Source of the DNA: Candidatus Falkowbacteria bacterium
Lineage (GTDB): Bacteria > Patescibacteriota > Patescibacteriia > CAIXNZ01
NCBI GenBank assembly: GCA_963774955.1
Contig: CAVZGV010000004.1
Span: forward strand, 3,522-67,521
Length of the DNA: 64,000 bases
Reading direction: 5' to 3'
In this document: one piece after another, positions 40,555 through 51,290 of the stretch
How positions within the stretch are numbered: position 1 is the stretch's first letter
How the letters are laid out: each line of letters opens with the position of its first letter
Translations under genes and position numbers: made by a program
The notes under the pieces: generated by a model
What the model saw: the letters and a program-made list of their open reading frames with translations, nothing else
Told to the model about the DNA's origin: nothing
Database searches by the model: none

Positions 40555-42789
40555 TTATCTGTCGTCTCTGCGCTTAAAAAATCTTTTTCTGTCACCACCG
40601 CCAAAGTCGCGTCGTCCGCGACTGCTGTCGTCACTGTCAGAACTGCTGGAACTGCCAGGAATAAAGGTTTTACCGCCTTCAACAAGTGTCAAATTAATTC
40701 TACCCTGACTGTCTATTTCATTAACTTTTACTGTTACTTCCATGCCTTCATCTACAATATCAGTTACTTTATTAACTCGACCAGGAGCCAACTTGGAAAT
40801 ATGAACCATGCCGTCTTTACCCGGTAAAATTTCCACAAAGGCGCCAAAGTCCATGATACGGACAACTTTGCCCTTGTAAATTTCACCCGGTTCCGGCACT
40901 TTAACAATATTTTTAATAGTAGCCACAGCTTTAGCTGACATTTCAGCGTTATTAGAAGTAACCATAACCAAACCGGTATCATCAATATCAATGGAAACTC
41001 CGGTTTCGGCAATAATTTTATTAATAATTTTACCGCCGGGTCCAATGACGTCTTTAATTTTTGCCGTATCAATAGTAAAGGAGGTAATCCGAGGAGCATA
41101 AGGTGACATTTCTTTTGGCTCAGAAATGACCTTAGACATTTCAGCTAAAATTTGATCTAAAGCTTCACGACCCTGAGTCAAGGTTTCTTCCACCATTTTA
41201 ATGGTCAAACCGTCAGTCTTAGTATCCATCTGAATTGCAGTCAGACCAGTTTTAGTGCCGGTAATTTTGAAATCCATACCGCCGGGTCCGTCTTCCAGGT
41301 CCTGCAAATCAGTTATAATTTTATATTTGCCCTTGCCGTCAGTGGCTAAACCCATAGCAATACCCACGACCGGAGTTTTTAAAGGCACACCGGCATCAAG
41401 CAAGGCCAAAGTGGAACCGCAGGTTGAAGCCATAGAGCTGGAACCATTTGAACCTAAAGTTTCAGAAACTACTCTAATAGTATAAGGGAAGTCTTCCTTT
41501 GACGGTAAGACAGGCTCCAAGGCTTTTTCAGCCAAAGCCCCATGACCGATATCACGACGTCCAACGCCTCTTAACATTTTAACTTCACCAACAGAAAACG
41601 GCGCAAAGGTGTAATGATGCATATATCTTTTTTCACCCACTTCTTCCATGCTGTCCAGAGTCTGGGCATCACCAGGACCGCCTAATGTAACTACGGATAA
41701 AACCTGAGTCTCACCGCGCTGAAATAAACCGCTGCCGTGCAGTCGTTTAAACAACCCGACTTCAAATGAAAGCGGCCTGATCTGATTTAATTTACGACCG
41801 TCAACTCTGGATTCACGTTCCAAAATCGCGGCAGAAACTTTCTGATCAATTATTTTATAAGTTTTGTCTAAAGCATAATGAACCAAATCCTCATCAAAGC
41901 CCTTTTCTAAAAGGTCTTTATGCAATTCAACCATTAATTCATGCATGCCGTGTTTACGCAAAGCCTTAGTCGGTTTAACCTCATTTAATAGATAGGGGTT
42001 TACTTTCTCTGCAATAAATTCATCGGCAACTTTAATAATCTCTATTTTTTTAGCCAGCACTTCTTCAGTGTCCTGAGGCACTAATTCAGTCATGGTTGCT
42101 TTAGTCTTACCGACTTTTTTTACTGCCTCATTAATTAAATCCACAATTTCACCCAAAGCTTTCTGACCAAATTTAAAGGCTTCTAAGACACTCTGTTCTG
42201 GAACTTCTTTGCCCTCAGCCTCAATCATGACAAATTTTTCCTTGGTTCCGGCTAATGTCAATTCCAAATCACCTTCATTTAATTCTGCAACCGTCGGATT
42301 CAAAATAAATTTGCCGTCTTTCAAACCGACATTAAGTCCGGCAATCGGGCCATTCCAGGGAATATTGGAAATAGCCAAGGCAGCAGAGGCGGCAATTAAA
42401 GCCACAATCTTTGAAGGATTTTCACCATCAGCTGATAAAACAGTTAAAATAACCTGAACTTCATTTCTGATTTCTTCAGAAAATAAAGGCCTGATCGCTC
42501 GATCAATCATGCGACCGTTTAAAACCGCTTCATCACCGGGTCTGGTATCACGCTTGATAAAGCGAGAACCTTTAATTCTGCCGACAGCATAAAGCCTTTC
42601 TTCAAATTCCACGGTTAAAGGGAAAAAATCAATGCCCTTTCTGGTTTCCGGCGAAATAACTGCAGTAGCCAAAACAACAGTATCTCCATAAGATACTGTG
42701 ACGCTGCCATGGGCCTGAGTGGCTAATTTCCCGGTCTCAATTGTGAGTTTTCGGCCAGCGATTTCTTTCTCAAACTTAAAACTTTCCAT
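40555..42789 (-). CDS. pnp: Polyribonucleotide nucleotidyltransferase
   Basis: DFFPLTV, RRDIGHG, SNGSSSMAS, MDFK, KH and S1 domains. Confidence 0.96.
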   Translation of the reverse strand: MESFKFEKEIAGRKLTIETGKLATQAHGSVTVSYGDTVVLATAVISPETRKGIDFFPLTVEFEERLYAVGRIKGSRFIKRDTRPGDEAVLNGRMIDRAIRPLFSEEIRNEVQVILTVLSADGENPSKIVALIAASAALAISNIPWNGPIAGLNVGLKDGKFILNPTVAELNEGDLELTLAGTKEKFVMIEAEGKEVPEQSVLEAFKFGQKALGEIVDLINEAVKKVGKTKATMTELVPQDTEEVLAKKIEIIKVADEFIAEKVNPYLLNEVKPTKALRKHGMHELMVELHKDLLEKGFDEDLVHYALDKTYKIIDQKVSAAILERESRVDGRKLNQIRPLSFEVGLFKRLHGSGLFQRGETQVLSVVTLGGPGDAQTLDSMEEVGEKRYMHHYTFAPFSVGEVKMLRGVGRRDIGHGALAEKALEPVLPSKEDFPYTIRVVSETLGSNGSSSMASTCGSTLALLDAGVPLKTPVVGIAMGLATDGKGKYKIITDLQDLEDGPGGMDFKITGTKTGLTAIQMDTKTDGLTIKMVEETLTQGREALDQILAEMSKVISEPKEMSPYAPRITSFTIDTAKIKDVIGPGGKIINKIIAETGVSIDIDDTGLVMVTSNNAEMSAKAVATIKNIVKVPEPGEIYKGKVVRIMDFGAFVEILPGKDGMVHISKLAPGRVNKVTDIVDEGMEVTVKVNEIDSQGRINLTLVEGGKTFIPGSSSSSDSDDSSRGRRDFGGGDRKRFFKRRDDR

Positions 42790-43008
42790 AAAAAGTTTTC
42801 CTTTCTTGTCCTCCGAAGCCCCGAAGGGGACGTAGGAGGGCTGCTGACCAACAAACTCCTGGACTTGTTATAAAACAAGCATCAGTATGTTTGCCGATCA
42901 ACCTTATTAAATTAATAACCAAATATCAAGCCTCAAATAGCAAATTCTAAATATCCAAAATTTGTGATTTGAAATTTGAATATTAAAATTTATTTGGTGC
43001 TTTTCAAT

Positions 43009-43530
43009 CTATCTTCTTATTTTCCTCTGCCCCTTAAGCAAATACTTAGCCGGCTCCGCACCCAAATCAATATAGTCATCTACTTCTTCCAGCATTTTGG
43101 ATGAAGTTGAGCGTTCAAAAGAAATCAATTCAACTAGACAGCCTTTATTTTCCTGTAAGTAATGGATCAGGGGAATAAAATCGCCGTCGCCGGTAACTAA
43201 AACAACCACATCTAATTTATCGGCCAGTTTAATGGCATCAACTGCCATGCCCACATCCCAGTCGGCTTTTTTGGCGCCGCCGTGAAAAATCTGCAGATCT
43301 TTAACTTTGACTTCAAAACCCTGTTTGCCCAGAATTTCCAAAAATTTCTTTTCCTCGCCAGCCGGTGAAACAATACCATAAGCCACGGCACGGATCAATT
43401 TGCGTCCGGAAATTGCAGTTTTTAATATTTCCTGAAAATTAACATTGGCGCTATATAAATGTTTAGCGGAATGATACATGTTTTGGACGTCTACGAAGAC
43501 GCCGACTCTTTGATCTTTGTGTTTAATCAT
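43009..43530 (-). CDS. NYN domain (LabA/DUF88) protein
   Basis: VFVDVQN, KADWDVGM, TGDGDF. Confidence 0.88.
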   Translation of the reverse strand: MIKHKDQRVGVFVDVQNMYHSAKHLYSANVNFQEILKTAISGRKLIRAVAYGIVSPAGEEKKFLEILGKQGFEVKVKDLQIFHGGAKKADWDVGMAVDAIKLADKLDVVVLVTGDGDFIPLIHYLQENKGCLVELISFERSTSSKMLEEVDDYIDLGAEPAKYLLKGQRKIRR

Positions 43531-43621
43531 AGTAGTGACTAATTATCACGAATTTTCACAAATTAGTCTAAAATTCGTGTTAATCCGTAAAATCAAAACC
43601 CCGCTTAACACGGGGAATTAA

Positions 43622-43918
43622 TTATTCTTTATTGGCTTCTCTTTGAGCTGCAATTTTTAATTTTAATTCCTTAGCAATCTTGAGCAGGCTTTCCGCATTT
43701 TCACGCTTTAAATAATCCATTAGTTTTTTTCTTTCCTGAACCTTCTTAATCAGACCTAAACGGCTGGAAAAATCGTGCTTATGTTCCTTCATGTGACCGG
43801 TTAATTGCTTGATTTCTTCAGTCAAAATAGCAATCTGCACTTCGGCAGAACCAGTGTCAGTGTCATGGACTCGGTATTTTTTGATAATCCGATCCTTTTG
43901 TTCTTTACTTAGTGGCAT
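43622..43918 (-). CDS. rpsO: 30S ribosomal protein S15
   Basis: DTGSAEVQIAILT...HKHDFSSRLGL. Confidence 0.95.
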   Translation of the reverse strand: MPLSKEQKDRIIKKYRVHDTDTGSAEVQIAILTEEIKQLTGHMKEHKHDFSSRLGLIKKVQERKKLMDYLKRENAESLLKIAKELKLKIAAQREANKE

Positions 43919-44177
43919 AGTTTTTTCTTTCTTTAGCGCTTATCCGAGCTAACTCTTGCCGAGGGTTAGCCAAGTATAACGCCTTACTTTATTAGATTTA
44001 AGATATACGATTTAAGATTTAAGAATGTTTAGATCTTAAATCTTATACCCTATATCTTATTGAAAATCTTACCATTTTATTTAATAAACGTCAAGGCCAA
44101 GTTGACAAATCTCTTTTTTGGGCCTAAACTAATATAACGTTCTTTAAAACTATTTCCAAACTGCCAAGGGGGGGAAA

Positions 44178-45032
44178 ATGGAAATTTATGATAATGGCAT
44201 TATTCAGTCAGCGCTTTTAGCTGACCAGGGTGTAATTCACGGTATTTCAACCAAAGCCCTGGGCAATATGTCCTTTCTCCGTTCCCAGCACGGACGGGCA
44301 CCTAATAATTTCCAAAAATTGCTGCTGCAGCTTGGCATTAAGGCTGAAAAATCCGTTATCTGCATGTTGCCCACCAAAAATACAGCTGTTATGGCCAGAG
44401 TCAAAAAAGCCAAAGACCGTGGCCGAATTATGCTAACCCCTGACAGAGAAAAGACCGGCCAGGAAATAACCCAATGGAGCTGCGGTGATCTGTCCTTCAG
44501 ACATCTTTTACCGGACTATGATGAAGGTACTGATGCTGCTGTCAGTAAATCACCAGGTTTGTATCTGGGGATGTACCCGGCAGACTGCGCGCCTGTTTTT
44601 CTTTACGATCCGCAGACCCACTATTTTGGTCTTGTTCATGCCGGTATTATCGGCGCCTTGACTGACATTGTGCCAGCTACGATTAGATACCTTCAGGCTC
44701 ATTGCCGGATTAATCCTGCGACTTTGCTGGCCTATATCGGCCCCAGTATCTGCTCCAAATGCTATCAGCCGGATAAGTCGCGCCACTGGCAGCACTTTAA
44801 AGACAGACTTAACTTACTTCAAAACTGCTTTGATCTGAAAGATTATATCTTTAACCAACTCTTAGTTTCCGGACTACAGACGGCCAACATAGAAATCAGC
44901 CAGTATTGCACAGCTTGTTCCTCGGATTTATTTTATTCCAATCACCGGGCAATTGATATTGCCAAGGAAGGACGTCAGCTTGCCATAATTGGCATTAAAA
45001 CAAGGGGTGGTCATGGCGTTAACAAAGTATAA
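44178..45032 (+). CDS. YfiH/PgeF laccase-domain protein
   Basis: ADCAPV, HAG, IGPSIC, CTAC...FYS.R. Confidence 0.85.
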   Translation: MEIYDNGIIQSALLADQGVIHGISTKALGNMSFLRSQHGRAPNNFQKLLLQLGIKAEKSVICMLPTKNTAVMARVKKAKDRGRIMLTPDREKTGQEITQWSCGDLSFRHLLPDYDEGTDAAVSKSPGLYLGMYPADCAPVFLYDPQTHYFGLVHAGIIGALTDIVPATIRYLQAHCRINPATLLAYIGPSICSKCYQPDKSRHWQHFKDRLNLLQNCFDLKDYIFNQLLVSGLQTANIEISQYCTACSSDLFYSNHRAIDIAKEGRQLAIIGIKTRGGHGVNKV

Positions 45033-45222
45033 GTGCAAAGGTTGCAACGGAATCACGGATTGCCATATGGTCTGTGAACTAGATCAAAGGCCGAAGACGA
45101 TCACACTTCATTGCCCTAACTGCGGCCCGCGCAAGCATGAACTGCAAAATGAATCCGGCCAGACAGAACAGCTTCAACAAACAATTCCTGGCGGACAAAA
45201 ATCCAATGTAGTCGCAGTCTAA
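45013..45222 (+). CDS. Small zinc-ribbon protein
   Basis: CKGC...CPNC; GGGGTGG RBS-like sequence. Confidence 0.55.
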   Translation: MALTKYKCKGCNGITDCHMVCELDQRPKTITLHCPNCGPRKHELQNESGQTEQLQQTIPGGQKSNVVAV

Positions 45223-45442
45223 AAGCGACCCAACACTCGGGAGAGGACCAACACTCTCCCTTTTTATTTACAAAAAAGTTAAAGTGTCGTAAAATATGGA
45301 CATAAGAGGAGCTAAAGGTAGAATATGAAATATAAGATAATAGGATTAAAGGACTTAAAATTCCTTCTATCATCTATTCCTTTAATCATTTACTCATCTA
45401 ATCCTCTTCTTCCTATTCTTCCTCTCAATCCTATTAAAAAAC

Positions 45443-46393
45443 ATGCCTATCAATAATACACAATTAACCAATCTCATCCGCCAATTCCTCGAATACCTCG
45501 AGATCGAAAAAGGCCGTTTACCCAACACTATTCAGAATTACAGTTTTTATCTGAACCGCTTTTTGAAATGGTCAAATTATACTGAACCAAACCAAATTAC
45601 CCAGGATGGTGTGCGTAATTACCGTTTATGGTTAAACCGCCAAACAGATACTAATGGTTCTCCCCTGAAAAAAAATACCCAAAATTATCATCTGATCGCT
45701 TTACGCGCCTTTTTAAAATATTTAGCCAAGCAGGATATCAAAACCATGGCGCCAGAGAAAATTGAACTGGCTAAAATGCCTGACCGCCAGATTGAATTTA
45801 TGGAAGGGTCTGATTTAGAGAACTTTTTGGAAGCGCCGTTTAAGATTGATCAGCCGGAGATAGTGCAGTTGAGAGATAAAGCGATTTTGGAGATTTTATT
45901 TTCGACCGGGCTTCGTGTTTCTGAATTAGCCGGCTTAAAAAAGGAAACGATTAATTTTAACAAAGATGAATTTACGGTGCGCGGCAAAGGTTCCAAACTA
46001 AGGGTTGTCTTTTTATCCAACCAGGCTAAGCACTGGCTTAAAAAATATCTGGAAAGCCGTAAAGACATGTCAGCCTATTTATTCACCAATCATGACAAAG
46101 CCGGAACAAAAAGAAATAAAACCAAGGAAGATAAAGGTCTGACTCCGCGCTCAATTCAAAGAACAGTCCACCGCTGCGCCAAGATCGCCGGCATTACTAA
46201 GAAAATTACACCTCATGTTTTACGTCATTCTTATGCCACTGACCTGCTCCAAAACGGCGCTGATATCCGTTCAGTCCAAACTTTACTGGGACATTCAAGC
46301 ATTACTACTACCCAAATTTACACCCATATCACCGATAAGCAATTACGGGAAGTATACAAGAATTTCCACGGCCGGAAGAGAAATAATCCTTGA
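45443..46393 (+). CDS. XerC/XerD-family tyrosine recombinase
   Basis: STGLRVSE, GKGSK, TPHVLRHSYAT, LLGH, TQIY. Confidence 0.9.
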   Translation: MPINNTQLTNLIRQFLEYLEIEKGRLPNTIQNYSFYLNRFLKWSNYTEPNQITQDGVRNYRLWLNRQTDTNGSPLKKNTQNYHLIALRAFLKYLAKQDIKTMAPEKIELAKMPDRQIEFMEGSDLENFLEAPFKIDQPEIVQLRDKAILEILFSTGLRVSELAGLKKETINFNKDEFTVRGKGSKLRVVFLSNQAKHWLKKYLESRKDMSAYLFTNHDKAGTKRNKTKEDKGLTPRSIQRTVHRCAKIAGITKKITPHVLRHSYATDLLQNGADIRSVQTLLGHSSITTTQIYTHITDKQLREVYKNFHGRKRNNP

Positions 46394-46522
46394 TAATACT
46401 TTTTAAATAATTTAAATTTAATCATAATTGTTCCTTACAAAGCTTAATTTTGGGAAATATAGGCAAAGTTTATAACCGGAAATATTTTTATATGAACAGC
46501 GCTCTGTACAAGGAGGAAAACC

Positions 46523-46888
46523 ATGAGCACTTGGGAACATTACGATCATGGAAACGAAGCCACTGTTATTCCTGAGCCTACTAGGGAAATGTTGCAACCA
46601 AGCCTTGATAGATTACCAACACCAAACATCGACCTGGAACAGGTTAACCCCACGAAACAATCCTGGCAACCGCCAAGGAAACGCAAAAAGATAAGGAATT
46701 TAAGTTGGCTTTCTGGGTTAGTGTCTTTTGCACTTTTCATCATCCTGTTTCAAACTACCGCTGCTTTTACAACCTGCGCAACAAGTCCTACGTTTTCAAG
46801 AATAACGTTTTCCTTAATCTTTTCTTTCGTTATCGGGCTAACTACTAATTTTTTTCTGGTACAATATTTCAGAAAAAAATTAACTTAA
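46523..46888 (+). CDS. Hypothetical membrane protein
   Basis: AAGGAGG RBS; two C-terminal TM helices. Confidence 0.6.
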   Translation: MSTWEHYDHGNEATVIPEPTREMLQPSLDRLPTPNIDLEQVNPTKQSWQPPRKRKKIRNLSWLSGLVSFALFIILFQTTAAFTTCATSPTFSRITFSLIFSFVIGLTTNFFLVQYFRKKLT

Positions 46889-47155
46889 CATTTTGCACGA
46901 CTTTTAGGCAGGCATCCCCTGCCTTTTATAATTGACAGTTTTAGAGTTTTCTGCTAAAATACAAATAAGCTCTGGGCTCGATTCATGAGCCTGGGGCTTT
47001 TTAATTAACACCAAAGCTATTAGTTAAAAGTTAATAGTTATTTGTTAATTAAGGACCCTGTCCAGATAAAAGCTTAGGTGTTAGCATATTCAACCTTTTA
47101 TATGCTTCGAACAAGTTAAAAAGGTTATAGTAATAAATACATAAGCTTATATCTG

Positions 47156-47227
47156 GACCCCGTAGTTTAATGGATAGAACACTAGCCTTCTAAGCTGGAT
47201 ATCGAGGTTCGATTCCTCGCGGGGTCA
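47156..47227 (+). tRNA. tRNA-Arg(TCT)
   Basis: GACCCCG/CGGGGTC acceptor, TCT anticodon, GGTTCGATTCC; no encoded CCA. Confidence 0.9.
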
Positions 47228-47329
47228 AAAGTCAGTTTGGAATTGTGAGCAAGAGCAACAGTAGCCTAATCTTGCCAAATACTCTTGCTCTAGCTAACAA
47301 GAGAAACGGTATTATTAATTTGTAACAAA

Positions 47330-47677
47330 ATGTTTGACTTTGAAAATTTAGAGGTTTATAAAAAAACAAAACAATTCAATATTAAAATTTATGATTTTTT
47401 AAAGTTAAATGGGACAATCAGTAGTTATCTTTATGACCAATTAAGAAGAGCTGGACTTAGTATAAGCTTGAACATTGCTGAAGGGAGTGGCAGAATGTCA
47501 AAACGAGACAAACGAAATTTTTTCGTTATTGCTCGAGGCTCAACCTTTGAATGTGTTGCAATTTTAGAAATATTATTGGCAGAAAAACAAATTACTTTAG
47601 AAAATTATAATAAATTTTATAATCAGCTGGAAGAAATATCCAAAATGCTTTATGCTTTAAGCAAAAGCCTTGAATAG
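47330..47677 (+). CDS. Four helix bundle protein (23S rRNA IVP-like family)
   Basis: FENLEVY, DQLRRA.LSI.LNIAEG, IARGS.FE; flanked by CTCTTG(CT) repeats. Confidence 0.88.
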   Translation: MFDFENLEVYKKTKQFNIKIYDFLKLNGTISSYLYDQLRRAGLSISLNIAEGSGRMSKRDKRNFFVIARGSTFECVAILEILLAEKQITLENYNKFYNQLEEISKMLYALSKSLE

Positions 47678-47712
47678 CTCTTGCTCTTGCACAAATCTCT
47701 TGCTGATTTCAT

Positions 47713-47786
47713 GGCGGCTATAGTTCAATGGTAGAACACCAGTTTGTGGCACTGGTTACGAGGGTTCAATTCCCTCTAGTCGCCCC
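47713..47786 (+). tRNA. tRNA-His(GTG)
   Basis: G-1, GTG anticodon, GGTTCAATTCC. Confidence 0.9.
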
Positions 47787-47874
47787 TGACAATTCGCTTT
47801 GGCGCGAAAAAAGTTAGTCGAGTTTTCGCCTAAGGCACAAAGTTTTGCAGTTTAATTTACTCACCAAAAAAACT

Positions 47875-48075
47875 ATGAACGGAAAAATAAAGAGACTGAC
47901 CGACAAAGGTTTTGGCTTTATCGGTTCAGAAGAAACCGGCGGCAAAGATGTTTTCTTTCATTCCTCTGCTTTAGTTGACATGACTTTCAGTGATCTGAGA
48001 GAAGGCGACGATGTTACCTTTGATATGGAAGATTCTGACAAAGGTCCTCGCGCTGTCAATGTAAAGAAAGCGTAA
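47875..48075 (+). CDS. Cold-shock domain protein
   Basis: KGFGFI, DVFFH, KGPRAVNV. Confidence 0.92.
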   Translation: MNGKIKRLTDKGFGFIGSEETGGKDVFFHSSALVDMTFSDLREGDDVTFDMEDSDKGPRAVNVKKA

Positions 48076-48209
48076 GAAAGTTTAACAAAAAAAATCTCCC
48101 CGCGAGGCGGGGAGATTTTTTTATTGACTCGACAAACATATTATGATAAGGTAATTTATCTTCACGTTCTTTTTTTTCAAAACAGGTCAAGGTAATAGGA
48201 GGCAAAATC

Positions 48210-48920
48210 ATGACGGAAAAATTGCTTAAATTAGGATTTTCTCACGGTGTGCTTTTTCGGCTGATGGAAGTTTATTCGGCCCAAGCCATCCAAATTTACA
48301 AAGATTTAAGCTCAAGCGCCATTGAAATCTGCTGCAATAAGGCCGAGGATGTCGATAAGCTGGAGACATTGATTCCTTTAGTACAGGACTTCAAGCATCG
48401 ATCGATCCACCTGCCCTGCCATAACCGCTATGCGAATAACGCCCAAACCAGAGAACTGCTGGACAAGCTGGGCGACTTTTACTTTGCCGTCAAGGCGCGA
48501 TTGGCGCTGGTGCATCCTGATCTGGTGGATGACTGGGAAGTCTTCAAAGATTTTCCGCTCAATTGGGCCGTAGAAAACATGGACAACCGCAAAAATGTTT
48601 TCAAGGTTCCGGCTGATTTCATCAGTTTTTTTGACAGCCATCCTGACTGGCAATTTGTCCTGGATCTGAATCATGTTTTTTCCAATGATCCAACTATGCA
48701 GTTGGCCCGGGATTTTATTGCTGTACTGAAACACAGGATTGTGGAACTGCACCTCAGCGGTTACCAAGGTTATCACGAACCGCTTTTCCAGACGCAGCAG
48801 ACTGAAATCCTGAAACACTGCCAGGGCTTTGATGTCCCTATAATCATTGAAAGCGCTTTTGACCGGGTTACTGATACAGGACTTGAATATCAGTATATCC
48901 TGAACAATGGCCTCTTCTAA
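48210..48920 (+). CDS. Xylose isomerase-like TIM barrel protein
   Basis: SIHLP, VHPD, VENMD, LDLNH, ELHLSG, IIE. Confidence 0.65.
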   Translation: MTEKLLKLGFSHGVLFRLMEVYSAQAIQIYKDLSSSAIEICCNKAEDVDKLETLIPLVQDFKHRSIHLPCHNRYANNAQTRELLDKLGDFYFAVKARLALVHPDLVDDWEVFKDFPLNWAVENMDNRKNVFKVPADFISFFDSHPDWQFVLDLNHVFSNDPTMQLARDFIAVLKHRIVELHLSGYQGYHEPLFQTQQTEILKHCQGFDVPIIIESAFDRVTDTGLEYQYILNNGLF

Positions 48921-49048
48921 AATTAAAAAAGGGACGGTATCACAACCGTCCTTTTATAATTGACTTATTTGACTTGGCGTGATAAAAATTAAACAAAGAC
49001 TCGGTACTTTTACATTAATTTTATTGAGAACAAAAGGAGGATTTAGTC

Positions 49049-50245
49049 ATGGTGGAAGCAAATAATCATAGAATAGAGCTTAAGCCGATATTGGAAGCTG
49101 CTGCCAAAGCAGGCGCTTCTGATATCCATCTTCGGCCCGGTTTGCCGGTCATTTTCAGGGTAAACGGAGCTCTTGGACCTTATAACAAAGACGAGAAACT
49201 TTCTCCTGACCAGATGGAACAGATTATTAATACCATGCTGGACAAAAAGCAAAGGGAGAAATTTGAACGCAAAAGCGAAATCGACCTGGCTTACAGCGTC
49301 CCGGGACTGGGACGTTTTCGGGTCAATGTTTTCATGCAGCGCAGCACAAAGGCAATTGTTCTGCGGCGAATTCCCCATGAGATTCTGACCCTTGATCAGT
49401 TAAATCTGCCGCCAATCATCGGAAAAATTTCTCAGGAGCATCACGGACTAATTTTGGTGACAGGGACAACAGGTTCCGGTAAAACCACCACCTTGGCAGC
49501 CATGATTGACTTAATCAATGCTAACCGCAGCTGCCATATTGTCACCATTGAAGACCCGATCGAAATTCTGCATCGCAGTAAAAAAAGCATCGTAGATCAA
49601 CGGGAAGTCGGCATTGACACTGATTCTTTCGGCGAAGCCCTGAGATCAGCCCTGCGCCAGGATCCCAATGTCATTCTGGTTGGAGAAATGCGTGATTTGG
49701 TTACCATTGAAACCGCCTTAAGGGCAGCTGATACCGGACACTTGGTTTTAAGCACGCTGCATACTCTGGATGCAACTGAAACTATTTCCCGGATTATCAG
49801 CGAATTCCCGGCCAACCAGCAAAAACAGATCCGAATGCTTTTAAGCACCATCATTAAGGCTGTCATTTCCCAGCGCCTGGTTCCAACCATTGATGGCCAG
49901 GGCCGAGTCGTAGCTGCGGAAATCATGATCAGCAATGAAAGGCTCCGCAGCTACATCAGGGATGAGACTAAAACCAACAATCTCCGAGAAGTCATCGGTG
50001 AAGGCAAAGAGCATTACAAAATGCAGACCTTTGATCAGGCCCTGATGGAACTATATAAAAAGAAAATCATCAGCCTGGAAACAGCACTCAAAGAATGCAC
50101 CAATGCTGACAACTTCAAGCTTAAAATATCCGGTATCGACAGCTCGGAAGACTCGCGTTCCTGGGGTACTACAGAAAACGACAATGATCCAGAGGATGGG
50201 AGCGGTTCTCCAGGCAGTGAAGACCTGGAAATCGAACGGTTCTGA
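49049..50245 (+). CDS. pilT: Type IV pilus retraction ATPase (PilT/PilU family)
   Basis: ASDIH, GTTGSGKTT, TIEDPIE, ALRQDP.VILVGEMRD, TGHLV.STLH. Confidence 0.9.
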   Translation: MVEANNHRIELKPILEAAAKAGASDIHLRPGLPVIFRVNGALGPYNKDEKLSPDQMEQIINTMLDKKQREKFERKSEIDLAYSVPGLGRFRVNVFMQRSTKAIVLRRIPHEILTLDQLNLPPIIGKISQEHHGLILVTGTTGSGKTTTLAAMIDLINANRSCHIVTIEDPIEILHRSKKSIVDQREVGIDTDSFGEALRSALRQDPNVILVGEMRDLVTIETALRAADTGHLVLSTLHTLDATETISRIISEFPANQQKQIRMLLSTIIKAVISQRLVPTIDGQGRVVAAEIMISNERLRSYIRDETKTNNLREVIGEGKEHYKMQTFDQALMELYKKKIISLETALKECTNADNFKLKISGIDSSEDSRSWGTTENDNDPEDGSGSPGSEDLEIERF

Positions 50246-50504
50246 CAATCAACTTAAAGCGGTTCCGCAACGCGGAACCGCTTTTTCTATTATTCAAAAA
50301 GTGTCAATCGGCATTGACACTCTGCATTGACCGAAATCTAAATATTTGCTATAATGGAGGACACAAATATAAAGAAATAGGAAAATTCACTTTTTAAGCA
50401 CGAAATTGGAACCTTAGCCAAATTCCTAAAAACCCAATAAAATCAAGGCTTTTACAGCTACACCAATAAAATATTTATTATATTATTAATTAAGCCCCAA
50501 AAAT

Positions 50505-50822
50505 ATGTTATCCTTTTTCTTTATCGGTTTTGTTGAAATGATTATCTGCACTATCTGGACCAAAGTAGTTAATAAAAGTCAGGTCTGGGCCAGTGGCGCA
50601 GTTACTTTGATTGAAATTGTGGTCTGGTACTTTGTGATTGAAGCTATCATTTCTGACATCAACAACTGGAGCATTATTTTGGCCTATGCCTTAGGCTGCG
50701 CTTTGGGGACAATGTGTTCTACCTATTATTTCCAGATCATGGAAAAAGTAGAACGCCGGCTGAAACGCTATAAAAGAAAGCCCAGCTGGAAAAAAATCAT
50801 TCTTAATGTCTTCTCTTGGTAA
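50505..50822 (+). CDS. Small membrane protein (DUF5698-like)
   Basis: Three TM helices, YALGCALGT. Confidence 0.6.
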   Translation: MLSFFFIGFVEMIICTIWTKVVNKSQVWASGAVTLIEIVVWYFVIEAIISDINNWSIILAYALGCALGTMCSTYYFQIMEKVERRLKRYKRKPSWKKIILNVFSW

Positions 50823-50998
50823 AAATAGACTTAATTTTCTTAATTTTAATGGCCTGCGAAATTCTGCGGCTCCAGGCCAAAGGACTCTGGTTTAGACTGC
50901 ATCTACCTGTCTAATTTCATAAAAACACCCCGCGATGCGGGGTGTTTTTATTTTTGGTAAAATAATATATAATATATAATATTAATTAAAATTAATTT

Positions 50999-51226
50999 AT
51001 GACATATTTAATTATTTTAAATGTTTTCGGATTTACTCTCGATGTAATCGGAAAAATAATCGTGGCTTATACTGCCTTGGCTGTGCATCATCGTTTTCGC
51101 CATGAGCATAAAGTTGACACAGCTGTTTTTAGAGCCATGAAAAAAGAGAATTACTACGCTATTTTAGGTATTGTCCTAATAATTTTAGGTTATATCCTGC
51201 AAATACCCCACAAATTAGTTATTTAA
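50999..51226 (+). CDS. Small membrane protein
   Basis: Two TM helices. Confidence 0.55.
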   Translation: MTYLIILNVFGFTLDVIGKIIVAYTALAVHHRFRHEHKVDTAVFRAMKKENYYAILGIVLIILGYILQIPHKLVI

Positions 51227-51290
51227 TTTTTTGCATCATAATTTAAAAAGAGCGAACCGTGAAGTTCGCTCTTTATGATTGGAATTGTTC

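Noticed and set aside
45443-46393. Self-targeting of the resident Xer recombinase, or a prophage integrase
   Set aside because: By eye, its STGLR and ITPH codons do not match the integrase-like guides. It looks like a housekeeping Xer with no phage genes nearby. An exhaustive self-target search was not possible.
47330-47677. Diversity-generating retroelement (Avd-like gene)
   Set aside because: No reverse transcriptase or TR/VR pair is visible in the window.
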